DNA of 46,871 bases from Bacteroidota bacterium (GTDB lineage: Bacteria > Bacteroidota > Bacteroidia > Bacteroidales > UBA4417). The stretch spans positions 1-46,871 of the forward strand of contig JBAXXB010000003.1 of NCBI GenBank assembly GCA_037128115.1, given 5' to 3'. Both the position numbers and the translations under genes were made by a program. The notes below the pieces were generated by a model that searched no databases, was not told where the DNA came from, and saw nothing but the letters and a program-made list of their open reading frames with translations. Below are positions 17,388 through 26,202 of the stretch, piece by piece (position 1 is the stretch's first letter; each line of letters starts with the position of its first letter).

Positions 17388-19769
17388 TTAGAGATTAACA
17401 CCCACTTCGGCAGTAATAAACCTGCCCGGGCAAACTGCATACTTGCTGTCATAATACTTTGCATCCAGCAGGTTTTGTATGTTCAGGGAAACTTTATACC
17501 GCTTTTTGATGGTTTTCCATAACTTCAGGTCCAGGGTTGTATAGGCCGGGTACTTGTCGGAAAGCAGGATTTCATCCCACACATTCTGGTCGTTAATAAA
17601 CATGCAGCCCGTGTAATGAACAAGCAAACTGGTATTTACAATACGGTTGATCCAGTTGGCTCCGGCTGTAAAAATATGTGCGGGAATATCGGTGAAAAAC
17701 CTTCCGGCCAGGTTTATAGTATCGTTGCCTGAAATCTTATGATAAGCCAGGATTAAAGAATGCGTATACGCATAATTGGCAAAAATGCTCAGTGAGGATA
17801 ATATATCATATTTGACTTCGGCTTCCAGGCCATAGATTTCCACGTCGCTGATGTTGGCCCTTACGAAGATGGGCCTGTCGCCGAAACCCATATCAATGGT
17901 CTGACCATTGCTTACGTAGTATTGAAAATCTTTTCCGCGGGAGTAGTAAACTGAAGTTGTAAAAGTCGATTTTTCAGTTGGTTTCAGATCGATTCCTGTT
18001 TCGTAATTGCTGAGGTACTCAGGTTTGATGGCCGGGTTCGCAATCTTGAACCCGCCTTTAATCCTGCCTGAGCGGCACAGGTCATCCAGCACCGAGGGCC
18101 TGAGTCCGCGTGAGTACATTACATATACCCGGCTGGTTTCGTTCCATTTATACTGAGCTGAAACACGCGGACTTACAGCATTCCAGTTCTGTACCGGCAT
18201 ATCGGGCACCTGGTAACCCATCATAAACTCCGTTTCCATAGTAGGATTTTCGATCCGGAACGATCCATCATAGAAGGAAGCCATATCGAACCTTAGCCCG
18301 GCTATGAGCCTGACCTTATCCTGTAGCAATTTAATCTCATCCTGCGCAAACAGGGCATAGGTGCTCATTTTACCCTGGTTGTAGACAATGTCAGTAGATG
18401 TGTAATATTTATCGTATGCATCCACACTACCGTTCTTAAAATCGAAGCCGCCGGTAAGTACCTGGTGATCGCCAACAGCAGTGCTCAGTGATGAGAATAA
18501 GCCGTAATCGGTGCGGGTCGACAGTACATTATACCAGGTGTAGTCATCCTTCATGTATTCATTCACCTTTTTGTATTTTTCGGTAAGCCTGTAAAGGGAT
18601 GTATTCAGCCTGAACTTTTTGAGTGTTCCGCGGTAGTTAAGAATGATGCCGTACGAATCATGATCGGTGGTGTTGCCTTCGGGCTGGAATTCTTTTTCAC
18701 CCGTTCCACGCCTGTCGTTGTAATAATTCACGCTTGCTTCTATGGTGTGCTTCCCGCCTATTGAATAACCGGTTTTGAAATTCAGTCCGGCTTCCTTCAT
18801 GTTGGACTTAATAATGAAAGGATTAGCATTTCTATCAGATTCTGATTGGGTGATATAACCATCACTTTGTTTAGCCGAAAGGTTGGCCATCCAGTACCAG
18901 GAGTCCGATGCCTTTTTAACCTTTATTTTCCCGCCGGTATTTACCCGTCCACCCAGGGTGTTAAATGTCCCGTACTCGAGGGATGCATTCAGAAAGGATT
19001 TACTCTCAGGGACTTTCGTTATAATATTGATAATCCCGCCCATGGCATTGCCCCCATACACCGCGGAGCCGGCACCCTTTGTAATTTCTATCTTATCGAC
19101 GGAGTTCATATCAATCATATTCCAGTCGACTGTACCTCCATCCGATTTATTGATCGGGATTCCATCCATCAGCACCAGTACCCGGCCCTGTTCCTTTCCG
19201 CTCATGCCACGCATGGTTACAATTCCTTTGGTGCTGAAAATACCGAAGGGCCTGCTGTAGTTGATACCCGGGGCATATTTAAGCGCTTCGTCAATATTCT
19301 GCATAGGCATGCTGTTCAGCATTTTAGGCGAAATAAGATTCACTCGTACCGGGGCATTCAGGATGCGGTTATCAGTACGTGTGGCCGTTATGACTATTTC
19401 ATCCATAGGAATGGATGCAGGGAAAATGGAAAAGGCAGCCAGGCTATTTTCACCCGGTTTTAGCAGGGTCTTATAATGAAATGTCTCAAAACCCACATAG
19501 CTGACAGTGATCAGGGCTGAATCGGAAGCCAGGTTGCAGAGACGAAAACTGCCGTCATGATTGGAAGTGTTAAGCGAAGAGGATACCAGGATAGTTGCAT
19601 CGTAAACCGGTTTCCCGTTAGCAGCATTTAAAATCTTCCCGCTTAAACACGATTGCCCGCTAAGTTGAAAAGATTGAATAAGAAAAAAGATGACTATTAC
19701 AGGAAACAACAGATTTGTCGAAGACCGGCCGGAAAATATACTGCTTTGAACTCCCTTATTATGCTGCAT
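17388..19769 (-). CDS. TonB-dependent outer-membrane receptor
   Basis: Carboxypeptidase-regulatory-like N-domain, DEIVITATR, plug RVLVLMDGIP / IEITKGAGSAVYGGNAMGGIINIIT, C-terminal NLLDAKYY...PGRFITAEVGVNL. Confidence 0.95.
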   Translation of the reverse strand: MQHNKGVQSSIFSGRSSTNLLFPVIVIFFLIQSFQLSGQSCLSGKILNAANGKPVYDATILVSSSLNTSNHDGSFRLCNLASDSALITVSYVGFETFHYKTLLKPGENSLAAFSIFPASIPMDEIVITATRTDNRILNAPVRVNLISPKMLNSMPMQNIDEALKYAPGINYSRPFGIFSTKGIVTMRGMSGKEQGRVLVLMDGIPINKSDGGTVDWNMIDMNSVDKIEITKGAGSAVYGGNAMGGIINIITKVPESKSFLNASLEYGTFNTLGGRVNTGGKIKVKKASDSWYWMANLSAKQSDGYITQSESDRNANPFIIKSNMKEAGLNFKTGYSIGGKHTIEASVNYYNDRRGTGEKEFQPEGNTTDHDSYGIILNYRGTLKKFRLNTSLYRLTEKYKKVNEYMKDDYTWYNVLSTRTDYGLFSSLSTAVGDHQVLTGGFDFKNGSVDAYDKYYTSTDIVYNQGKMSTYALFAQDEIKLLQDKVRLIAGLRFDMASFYDGSFRIENPTMETEFMMGYQVPDMPVQNWNAVSPRVSAQYKWNETSRVYVMYSRGLRPSVLDDLCRSGRIKGGFKIANPAIKPEYLSNYETGIDLKPTEKSTFTTSVYYSRGKDFQYYVSNGQTIDMGFGDRPIFVRANISDVEIYGLEAEVKYDILSSLSIFANYAYTHSLILAYHKISGNDTINLAGRFFTDIPAHIFTAGANWINRIVNTSLLVHYTGCMFINDQNVWDEILLSDKYPAYTTLDLKLWKTIKKRYKVSLNIQNLLDAKYYDSKYAVCPGRFITAEVGVNL

Positions 19770-19835
19770 ATGTCTGATTTTTAACTGGGTATCATAGCCT
19801 GTTGCCTGGTTTTTTGTGGCTTTCAGTGCATATGA

Positions 19836-20786
19836 TTACTTCTGAATTTTGATCGCAATTTCCATGGTTCCGTCGTTTATTTCATCGGCGTGAATCACCT
19901 TAATCAGCCCGTATTTGCCTTCCTGGGTTTTGAAAGGGATGACTTTGCCTGTGTAACCGTATTTACAGTTCCCGCTAACCTTATCCGGTTTATAAGCAGT
20001 CACCAGGAGGCTGTCATTCTGAGCAGCATCAAATTCACCTGTAGTAATAAGGTTGTTGTCACTCGAATAATAATCATACAAAATATTATTCTTCACCGGC
20101 CAGCCTCCAATGAGAGGATAATACCCAACCACCGATACATATCCGGGGCAAATAAAGGTAGGGGAGGGGAGCCCGGAAGTGACATAATAATAAACCAAAA
20201 GGTCAATTTCGCTTTCGTGCCCTGCAACACTTGTTTCATCGAAAATAAAACCGTTATTCACATCCAGGAAATGCCCGGAAGTATTGTTGTTCTGGAAACC
20301 AAGTTTCAGATTGCTGAAGTAATTTATTGGGCTGTAGGCCGTTCCTGATCCTTTATAGATAGTGATGGTTCTTACGGCAGTATCGCGGTCGGCATTCATT
20401 ACCAGTATATGCCATAATTCAACGGCCGAAGTGTCTTTCGAAAAGGTATAATCTGCATCCAGGCCTTCGTTCCCAACAAATATTCCACGATCGAGCTGGG
20501 TGAGTGTGTCGTTGCCAGTTATCCTGTCGATGCGGATATAGGTAAGCGGAACACCTGCACCCGAAGCCATTACACCAATCCTGATGCTGCCACCCACAGG
20601 GATACTCGCCCCGTCCGCTGTATAAGCAACACCGGTTTTAAGAATAAGGGAAGCCTGTTTGATAGTTTCCTCTTTAGCGCAGGACGAAAAAAGAGAAACC
20701 GATACCAGGACTGGCAGAATAAAAAACCAAACAGCTTTTAACAAGCTGAATGGTTTTCGGCAAACAAACATGATTGAACTAACCAT
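19836..20786 (-). CDS. Putative surface lipoprotein
   Basis: Lipobox FSSC; C-terminus FKTQEGKYGLIKV...IAIKIQK; paralog of the upstream gene. Confidence 0.8.
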   Translation of the reverse strand: MVSSIMFVCRKPFSLLKAVWFFILPVLVSVSLFSSCAKEETIKQASLILKTGVAYTADGASIPVGGSIRIGVMASGAGVPLTYIRIDRITGNDTLTQLDRGIFVGNEGLDADYTFSKDTSAVELWHILVMNADRDTAVRTITIYKGSGTAYSPINYFSNLKLGFQNNNTSGHFLDVNNGFIFDETSVAGHESEIDLLVYYYVTSGLPSPTFICPGYVSVVGYYPLIGGWPVKNNILYDYYSSDNNLITTGEFDAAQNDSLLVTAYKPDKVSGNCKYGYTGKVIPFKTQEGKYGLIKVIHADEINDGTMEIAIKIQK

Positions 20787-20788
20787 CT

Positions 20789-21670
20789 TTATTTCTGAAT
20801 CTTAACTGCAATCTGCAGGGTCCCCGCGTCGGTTCCGTCAACAGCGGTTACTTTATACAGGCCAAATTTCCCTGATTGGAGTTTAAAGGCGTAAACATCG
20901 CCAACCGTAAGAACTTTGGCTTTTTTAAATTGATTATTCGGGTCATACGAAGCAAGCAATACCGCATCATTCTGAACGGCGTCGAACTGTGCAACCGTCA
21001 GGGTGGTCTTAACGAAGAAGGTGATGTTTTTGGTTGTGTAGAAATCAGGTGCCGTCGAACCCGTGAAGATTCCCGTAATATTTGAGCCCGGTGCTGCCAA
21101 GGTCGTCATATTAACATGCGAAGCCGTATTTTCATAGAAACAGAACATATCGATATCGGGCTGGTGAGCAAACGCATCGGCCTGGAAATATGGCGTCGAA
21201 GTTCCGTTGCTGAAGGAGAGGAAGCTTTTCTCAGTTGTGTTGTTCTGGGCACCAAATGTGATAGAATTATAAGTCAAAATCTCACCGAAATTTCCCGTTA
21301 TAATCAATGAATCTGCCTTGGAATTGCCTGCAATATCCGTAGTGACAAATTTCCAGACTTCCTTATCAAGGACGCTTTTAATGGCATAAAAGTCGAATGT
21401 ATAGTCAAGGGTACTTATCGTTGAATCGAGTACCGACTGGCCGTTAACCAGGATCTGGAACTTAGCCAGTTTGTCGGTTCCATTCGATTTTAGGATGATT
21501 CCCATTGTAAGCGTATCGCCAAACTTAGCTGAAGTATTTGCTGATATGTAGCCGGTAGCCTGCCTGAAGCTAATGGTTGGAGGGACAGGATCGCTCTCTT
21601 TGGAACAAGCTGTAATTAAGATTGTAGCAGAAATAACAACAAGGCTAATGAGAGTAAACAGTTTTTTCAT
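20789..21670 (-). CDS. Putative surface lipoprotein
   Basis: Lipobox ITAC followed by SKESD (resembles a Bacteroidetes surface-export signal); FKLQSGKFGLYKV...IAVKIQK. Confidence 0.85.
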   Translation of the reverse strand: MKKLFTLISLVVISATILITACSKESDPVPPTISFRQATGYISANTSAKFGDTLTMGIILKSNGTDKLAKFQILVNGQSVLDSTISTLDYTFDFYAIKSVLDKEVWKFVTTDIAGNSKADSLIITGNFGEILTYNSITFGAQNNTTEKSFLSFSNGTSTPYFQADAFAHQPDIDMFCFYENTASHVNMTTLAAPGSNITGIFTGSTAPDFYTTKNITFFVKTTLTVAQFDAVQNDAVLLASYDPNNQFKKAKVLTVGDVYAFKLQSGKFGLYKVTAVDGTDAGTLQIAVKIQK

Positions 21671-21688
21671 GGATTTAAAGAATAAAGT

Positions 21689-21726
21689 ATCGATTAGTAC
21701 TGAATTTCATATCGATGGCAAAAGTA
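21689..21726 (-). promoter_or_regulatory. -7 promoter TACTTTTG (21726-21719) with an adjacent 28-bp ModE-like palindrome (21689-21716)
   Basis: ATCGATTAGTA-CTGAAT-TTCATATCGAT versus the ModE consensus ATCGnTATATA-N6-TATATAnCGAT. Confidence 0.6.
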
Positions 21727-21801
21727 GTTTTTTCTAAATATGCTGCGACATAGGATATAAATTTTATTTCCAAAGTGGATCAGCGAAACCCTTATAAACA
21801 T

Positions 21802-21835
21802 AAAGGCCTGATAATTAAAATTATCAGGCCTTTTT
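21802..21835. terminator. Perfect hairpin, probable terminator of the S9 peptidase gene
   Basis: AAAGGCCTGATAATT-AA-AATTATCAGGCCTTT. Confidence 0.85.
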
Positions 21836-21849
21836 AGATCAGAAAATAA

Positions 21850-23982
21850 TTATAAATTCTGATCGTAATATTCAGCCAGTTTGCTGTAAAGATGCAGCCG
21901 GTCGGTCCCGCTTACATTATGTTCGTGCTGGGGATACACAAAATAATCTACCTGTTTGCCTTTCCTGATGCAGGTCTGTATGAACTGCAGGCTGTTCTGC
22001 CAAACAACCGTGTTATCCTGGGCACCTTGAATTACAAGCACTTTGCCATCAAGCTGGTCCACGTAATTCAACAGGCATGCCTTCTTATAGCCCTCAGGAT
22101 TCTGCTCCGGAGTATCCATATAGCGTTCGCCATACATCACCTCATAGTATTTCCAGTCAACAACCGGGCCTCCGCAGGTGGCTACCTTGAAAACACCAGG
22201 GTTGCGCATTTTGAGTGTCAATGTCATAAAGCCGCCGTAGCTCCATCCGTCAATGCCCATGCGGCTTGAATCCACAAAAGGCAAAGATTTCAGGTAGTTG
22301 ACGCCGACCATCTGGTCCTTGCTTTCTATGTCTCCAAGATGCCGGTGGATGATATGCTCAAAAGCCGTTCCCCGGTTTGAAGTTCCGCGGTTGTCGAGTG
22401 TCCAGACAATGTATCCTCTGGTGGCCAGGTAATTAAAATACAGGTTGGCACCACCCAGCCAGGTATCGGTTACCAGTTGCGAATGAGGTCCTCCATACAC
22501 ATATACAAGCACCGGATATTTTTTTGCCGGATCAAACCCACGGGGAAGCATCAACCTGCCGTACAGGTCGTTCCCGTCATCAGCCTTAAGTGTTACAAGG
22601 GTGGTTTCGCCGAGTTTGTAATCTTTTAAAGGATTCAGGTCTTCGGAGATAACGCATATAGTTTCACCTTTCTCGTTAAGGAGTGAATTTCTTGAACCTA
22701 CAACCATGCTGCTTAAATGATCGAGTATATAATGTCCATCGGGGGACACAAAAGTAGTATGCGTACCTTTGCCTGAGTTGTATTTCGTGGTATTGCCGGT
22801 TTTAAGGTCGACGGAATAAAGTTGGCGTTCCAGCGGGCTTTCCTGGGTTGAGGTGTAAAAAATCCTGGCCTCTTTAGAATCAAAACCCTGGTAAGAGGTT
22901 ACTTCCCATACTCCATGGGTCACTTGTTTGATCAACTTGCCTTCGGTGTCGTATAAATAAAGGTGGTTATACCCGTCCCGCCGGCTTTGCCAGATGAATT
23001 GCGAGGGGTTGGTTTTCAGGAAATATAAACCGTTAAGGGGTTCAACATATTCCTTGTTGGTTTCTTCAAAAAGCGTTTTCACGAAATCACCGGTGGAGGC
23101 ATCGTACTTGTTCAGCCACATATGATCCTGGTCGCGGTTGAGAACAGCGATGAAAATATATTTTTCGTCCGGGCTCCAGGTAATATTAGTGAGGTATTGC
23201 TCGGCGGGTTCGCCGGTTTTTAGGAAGACCGTTTTGTTCTTTACAGGGTCAAAAACCCCGACTGTGACCTGATGACTTGCCATGCCAGCCATTGGGTAGC
23301 GGATGTATTCCACTTTAGCAACCCGTTCGTCGATATTTACAAGGGGGTATTCAGTCACCATGGTTTCGTCCATACGGTAAAATGCCAGGAAGTTGCCTTG
23401 CGGCGACCAGAATGTGCCTCCATCGATACCAAATTCGTTGCGGTGTACCGTTTTGCCGTTCACTATGCCCTTTATGGAATCGCTTGTTACAGCTATTGTT
23501 TTTCCTGCAACCGAAACGTAAAGATTGTTTTCTTTGGTAAAGGCAACTCTGCCGGAAATAGGTTCAAAATCTACATTTTCGGCCTCGGATTCATAACTAT
23601 TTGCCATTTCCAGGTCGTTTGTTAGCGCATGGAACCGGAAAATTTTCGAATCGTTGGTATACCTGAATGTATTTTCATCTTCCCACCTGATGGCAGGCAT
23701 GCTTTTTAATTTCTTCTGCTGTTTCTGATCAACTATGAGGTTGAGGTTCCCGAGGGTAAGTATGGTGTCGGTAGTTCCTGCTTTCAGCAGGTTTTGAACC
23801 AGGCAGTTATTGGCATTCCATGTAAAATGGGTGTTGCTTCGCCACTGGACATTTGACCATTGAGCAGGATAGAGTTTCCGGTTCATCAGGTCATCAATCG
23901 CCAGTTGTTTTTGCTGGGCGAAAAGCGAAGGCACAAGTAATAAGAGCAGACCAAGTAGGGCAGAGGATGATTTTTGAGACAT
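21850..23982 (-). CDS. S9B peptidase (DPP-IV family, prolyl tripeptidyl peptidase-like)
   Basis: Signal peptide, VYGGP, catalytic GWSYGG, DNTV, HEHNV. Confidence 0.9.
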   Translation of the reverse strand: MSQKSSSALLGLLLLLVPSLFAQQKQLAIDDLMNRKLYPAQWSNVQWRSNTHFTWNANNCLVQNLLKAGTTDTILTLGNLNLIVDQKQQKKLKSMPAIRWEDENTFRYTNDSKIFRFHALTNDLEMANSYESEAENVDFEPISGRVAFTKENNLYVSVAGKTIAVTSDSIKGIVNGKTVHRNEFGIDGGTFWSPQGNFLAFYRMDETMVTEYPLVNIDERVAKVEYIRYPMAGMASHQVTVGVFDPVKNKTVFLKTGEPAEQYLTNITWSPDEKYIFIAVLNRDQDHMWLNKYDASTGDFVKTLFEETNKEYVEPLNGLYFLKTNPSQFIWQSRRDGYNHLYLYDTEGKLIKQVTHGVWEVTSYQGFDSKEARIFYTSTQESPLERQLYSVDLKTGNTTKYNSGKGTHTTFVSPDGHYILDHLSSMVVGSRNSLLNEKGETICVISEDLNPLKDYKLGETTLVTLKADDGNDLYGRLMLPRGFDPAKKYPVLVYVYGGPHSQLVTDTWLGGANLYFNYLATRGYIVWTLDNRGTSNRGTAFEHIIHRHLGDIESKDQMVGVNYLKSLPFVDSSRMGIDGWSYGGFMTLTLKMRNPGVFKVATCGGPVVDWKYYEVMYGERYMDTPEQNPEGYKKACLLNYVDQLDGKVLVIQGAQDNTVVWQNSLQFIQTCIRKGKQVDYFVYPQHEHNVSGTDRLHLYSKLAEYYDQNL

Positions 23983-24006
23983 ATCAGGAAAGTGTGCTGG
24001 AATAAA

Positions 24007-24759
24007 TTATTTGGTAAATGTTGATGCCGAGTGAACTGCATCTGCGATTTCGGAAATCAGGCCGGAATTTTTCTCAAAAGCAGTACCTACTACTATAATG
24101 TCGGCTCCTGCTAAAGCGATTTCCCTTGTTTTTTCAGGAGTGTTGAGCCCTCCTCCAGCCAACAGGGGAATACTGATGTTTTGTTTCACCTGTTCGACCA
24201 TTTCCTTTGATACAGGGTTAATGGCCCCGCTACCGGCTTCCAGATAAATCATTTTGAGTCCTAGCATCTCACCGGCCATGGCTGTACAGATGGCAATATC
24301 CATCTTATCGGCAGGAATAGGCATGGTATTACTCATATATTGCACGGCTGTAGGTTTGCCATTCTCAATCAGCATATATCCACACGAAATTACTTCAAGC
24401 GGGCTGAGTCTCAGGTATGGCGCAGCTATTACATGACGGCCGATCAGCATCTCGGCATTGCGGCCGCTGATCAGGGAAAGAAAAAGTATGGCATCGGCTC
24501 TCCAACTCATTTGCATGGTATTGCCGGGAAACAATATCACCGGGATATCGCTGTTTGCTTTTAATGTTTTGATACACTGGTCCAGTTCATTATTCACCAG
24601 CAGGCTTCCCCCTACAAAAAAATAATCCACACCCGAAAGAGCAGCTTTAATGGCTATGCTCTCAACCTCCTTGTTTTTTAACTTATCAGGATCAACCAGT
24701 ACAGTCAGCATTTTCCTGCCTTGTGCGGATTGTTCCAGAAGATGTTGATAAATAGTCAT
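24007..24759 (-). CDS. Geranylgeranylglyceryl/heptaprenylglyceryl phosphate synthase (group II GGGPS)
   Basis: LVDPDK, FVGGS, LFPGN, FLSLISGRN, YLEAGSGA, GGGL, VVGTAFE. Confidence 0.9.
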   Translation of the reverse strand: MTIYQHLLEQSAQGRKMLTVLVDPDKLKNKEVESIAIKAALSGVDYFFVGGSLLVNNELDQCIKTLKANSDIPVILFPGNTMQMSWRADAILFLSLISGRNAEMLIGRHVIAAPYLRLSPLEVISCGYMLIENGKPTAVQYMSNTMPIPADKMDIAICTAMAGEMLGLKMIYLEAGSGAINPVSKEMVEQVKQNISIPLLAGGGLNTPEKTREIALAGADIIVVGTAFEKNSGLISEIADAVHSASTFTK

Positions 24760-25122
24760 TTGAAGCGACTGTTTTTATATCGGTAAGCAATTATTTTTTT
24801 TACGTAAGTGTGCCGAGTTTTGTTGTTCTTGATGCTGGATAAAGTAAAGAGCCGTGAATTGGAAATGATTTCCATATTTCTTGCTTCACTTCTTTTGCCC
24901 CGTGATTTCGTATAAATGAACGCTGAAACATGAAATGATAATTTTTACAGGCTCAAAAATTAAAAAAGCAAATGTAGAGAAAAGGAGATAATGAGTGCGC
25001 TGTTCCTGCCGAAACATTATAAACAATGCCATTTTGCGGGATACTATCAGCTTTTTCATATTCTTTATGGGTTAAAATGGGCGGGAATCGGGTTAGCCTC
25101 CATTAATCCTGCAAGAATAATT

Positions 25123-26079
25123 TTAAAAGACTGCTTTTGCGATTTTACAGATGTTGTCCGACTTGCCCATAGTGTAAAAGTGTAGCACGGGTACTCCGAA
25201 ACTGATCAGTTCGCGGGATTGCTGTATGGCCCATTCTACCCCAACCTGTCTTACCTGTTGGTTATCAGAGCATTTCTCTATTTCTTTTACCAGTTCATCC
25301 GGTATGTCAATGGAAAAGGTACGGGGCAGGGTCGAAAGCTGCGATTTCAGTGATATTGGTTTTAAGCCTGGAATAATGGGAATATGGATACCTGCTTCGC
25401 GGCATGCGTTCACAAACTCAAAATATTTCGAATTATCGAAAAACATTTGCGTGACAATGTAGTCGGCGCCGGCATCCACTTTATCTTTAAGGTGCTGTAA
25501 ATCGGTTGCCAGGTTAGGCGATTCCATATGTTTTTCGGGGTAACCGGCTACACCTATACAGAAATTTGTTGGAACCGGGTTCAGCATTTCTTCCTCCAGG
25601 AATTTTCCCTGGTTCAGTTTAATCACCTGCTTTACCAGGTCGATGGCGTAGCGGTGCCCGTCGGGGTCGGGTTTAAATTGTTTTTCGCCCCTCAGGTTAT
25701 CGCCCCTGATCAGTAAAATATTGTCTATGCCCAGGAACTGAAGGTCGATCAGCGCATTTTCAGTTTCTTCCTGGCTGAACCCACCGCAAATCAGGTGAGG
25801 AACCACGTCGAGCCCATATTTGAATTTAATGGCGGCGGCAATCCCCACTGTCCCGGGCCTCTTCCTCACGGTCCTGCGTTCGAGCAACCCGTCCTCACGT
25901 TCTTTAAAGATGACCTCTTCCCTGTGATAGGTTACGTCGACGAAGGAAGGATTGAATTCAATCAGTGGTTCAATGGTCTGGTAGATGGAATTGATGTTCT
26001 CCCCTTTCAGTGGAGGGAGTAACTCGAAGGTAAAAAGGGGTTTGCCTTTACTGTTATCAATATATTCGGTGACTTTCAT
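25123..26079 (-). CDS. metF: 5,10-methylenetetrahydrofolate reductase
   Basis: FELLPP, PHLICGG, RGD, VAGYPEKH, VTQMFFDN, HFYTMG. Confidence 0.95.
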   Translation of the reverse strand: MKVTEYIDNSKGKPLFTFELLPPLKGENINSIYQTIEPLIEFNPSFVDVTYHREEVIFKEREDGLLERRTVRKRPGTVGIAAAIKFKYGLDVVPHLICGGFSQEETENALIDLQFLGIDNILLIRGDNLRGEKQFKPDPDGHRYAIDLVKQVIKLNQGKFLEEEMLNPVPTNFCIGVAGYPEKHMESPNLATDLQHLKDKVDAGADYIVTQMFFDNSKYFEFVNACREAGIHIPIIPGLKPISLKSQLSTLPRTFSIDIPDELVKEIEKCSDNQQVRQVGVEWAIQQSRELISFGVPVLHFYTMGKSDNICKIAKAVF

Positions 26080-26202
26080 TTTCGGGTTCTTCTTGTGAAA
26101 TTATTTTAATAATGCTATTGAATCAATCCAGGGGTTTTAAACCTGGAGTTGCCTTAACTTAACCAGTTTTCAGATTAACTTGGTCTTATCCATCCTTCAA
26201 AA

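Noticed and set aside
18846-19463. Long antisense ORFs (e.g. 18846..19463, 28111..28719, 1947..2387, 34382..34822)
   Set aside because: Shadows of well-supported genes on the opposite strand, with no recognisable motifs
17388-19769. BtuB vitamin B12 receptor serving the nearby metH
   Set aside because: No cobalamin riboswitch in the short upstream region; wtpABC linkage and ModE-like boxes point elsewhere. Not fully excluded.
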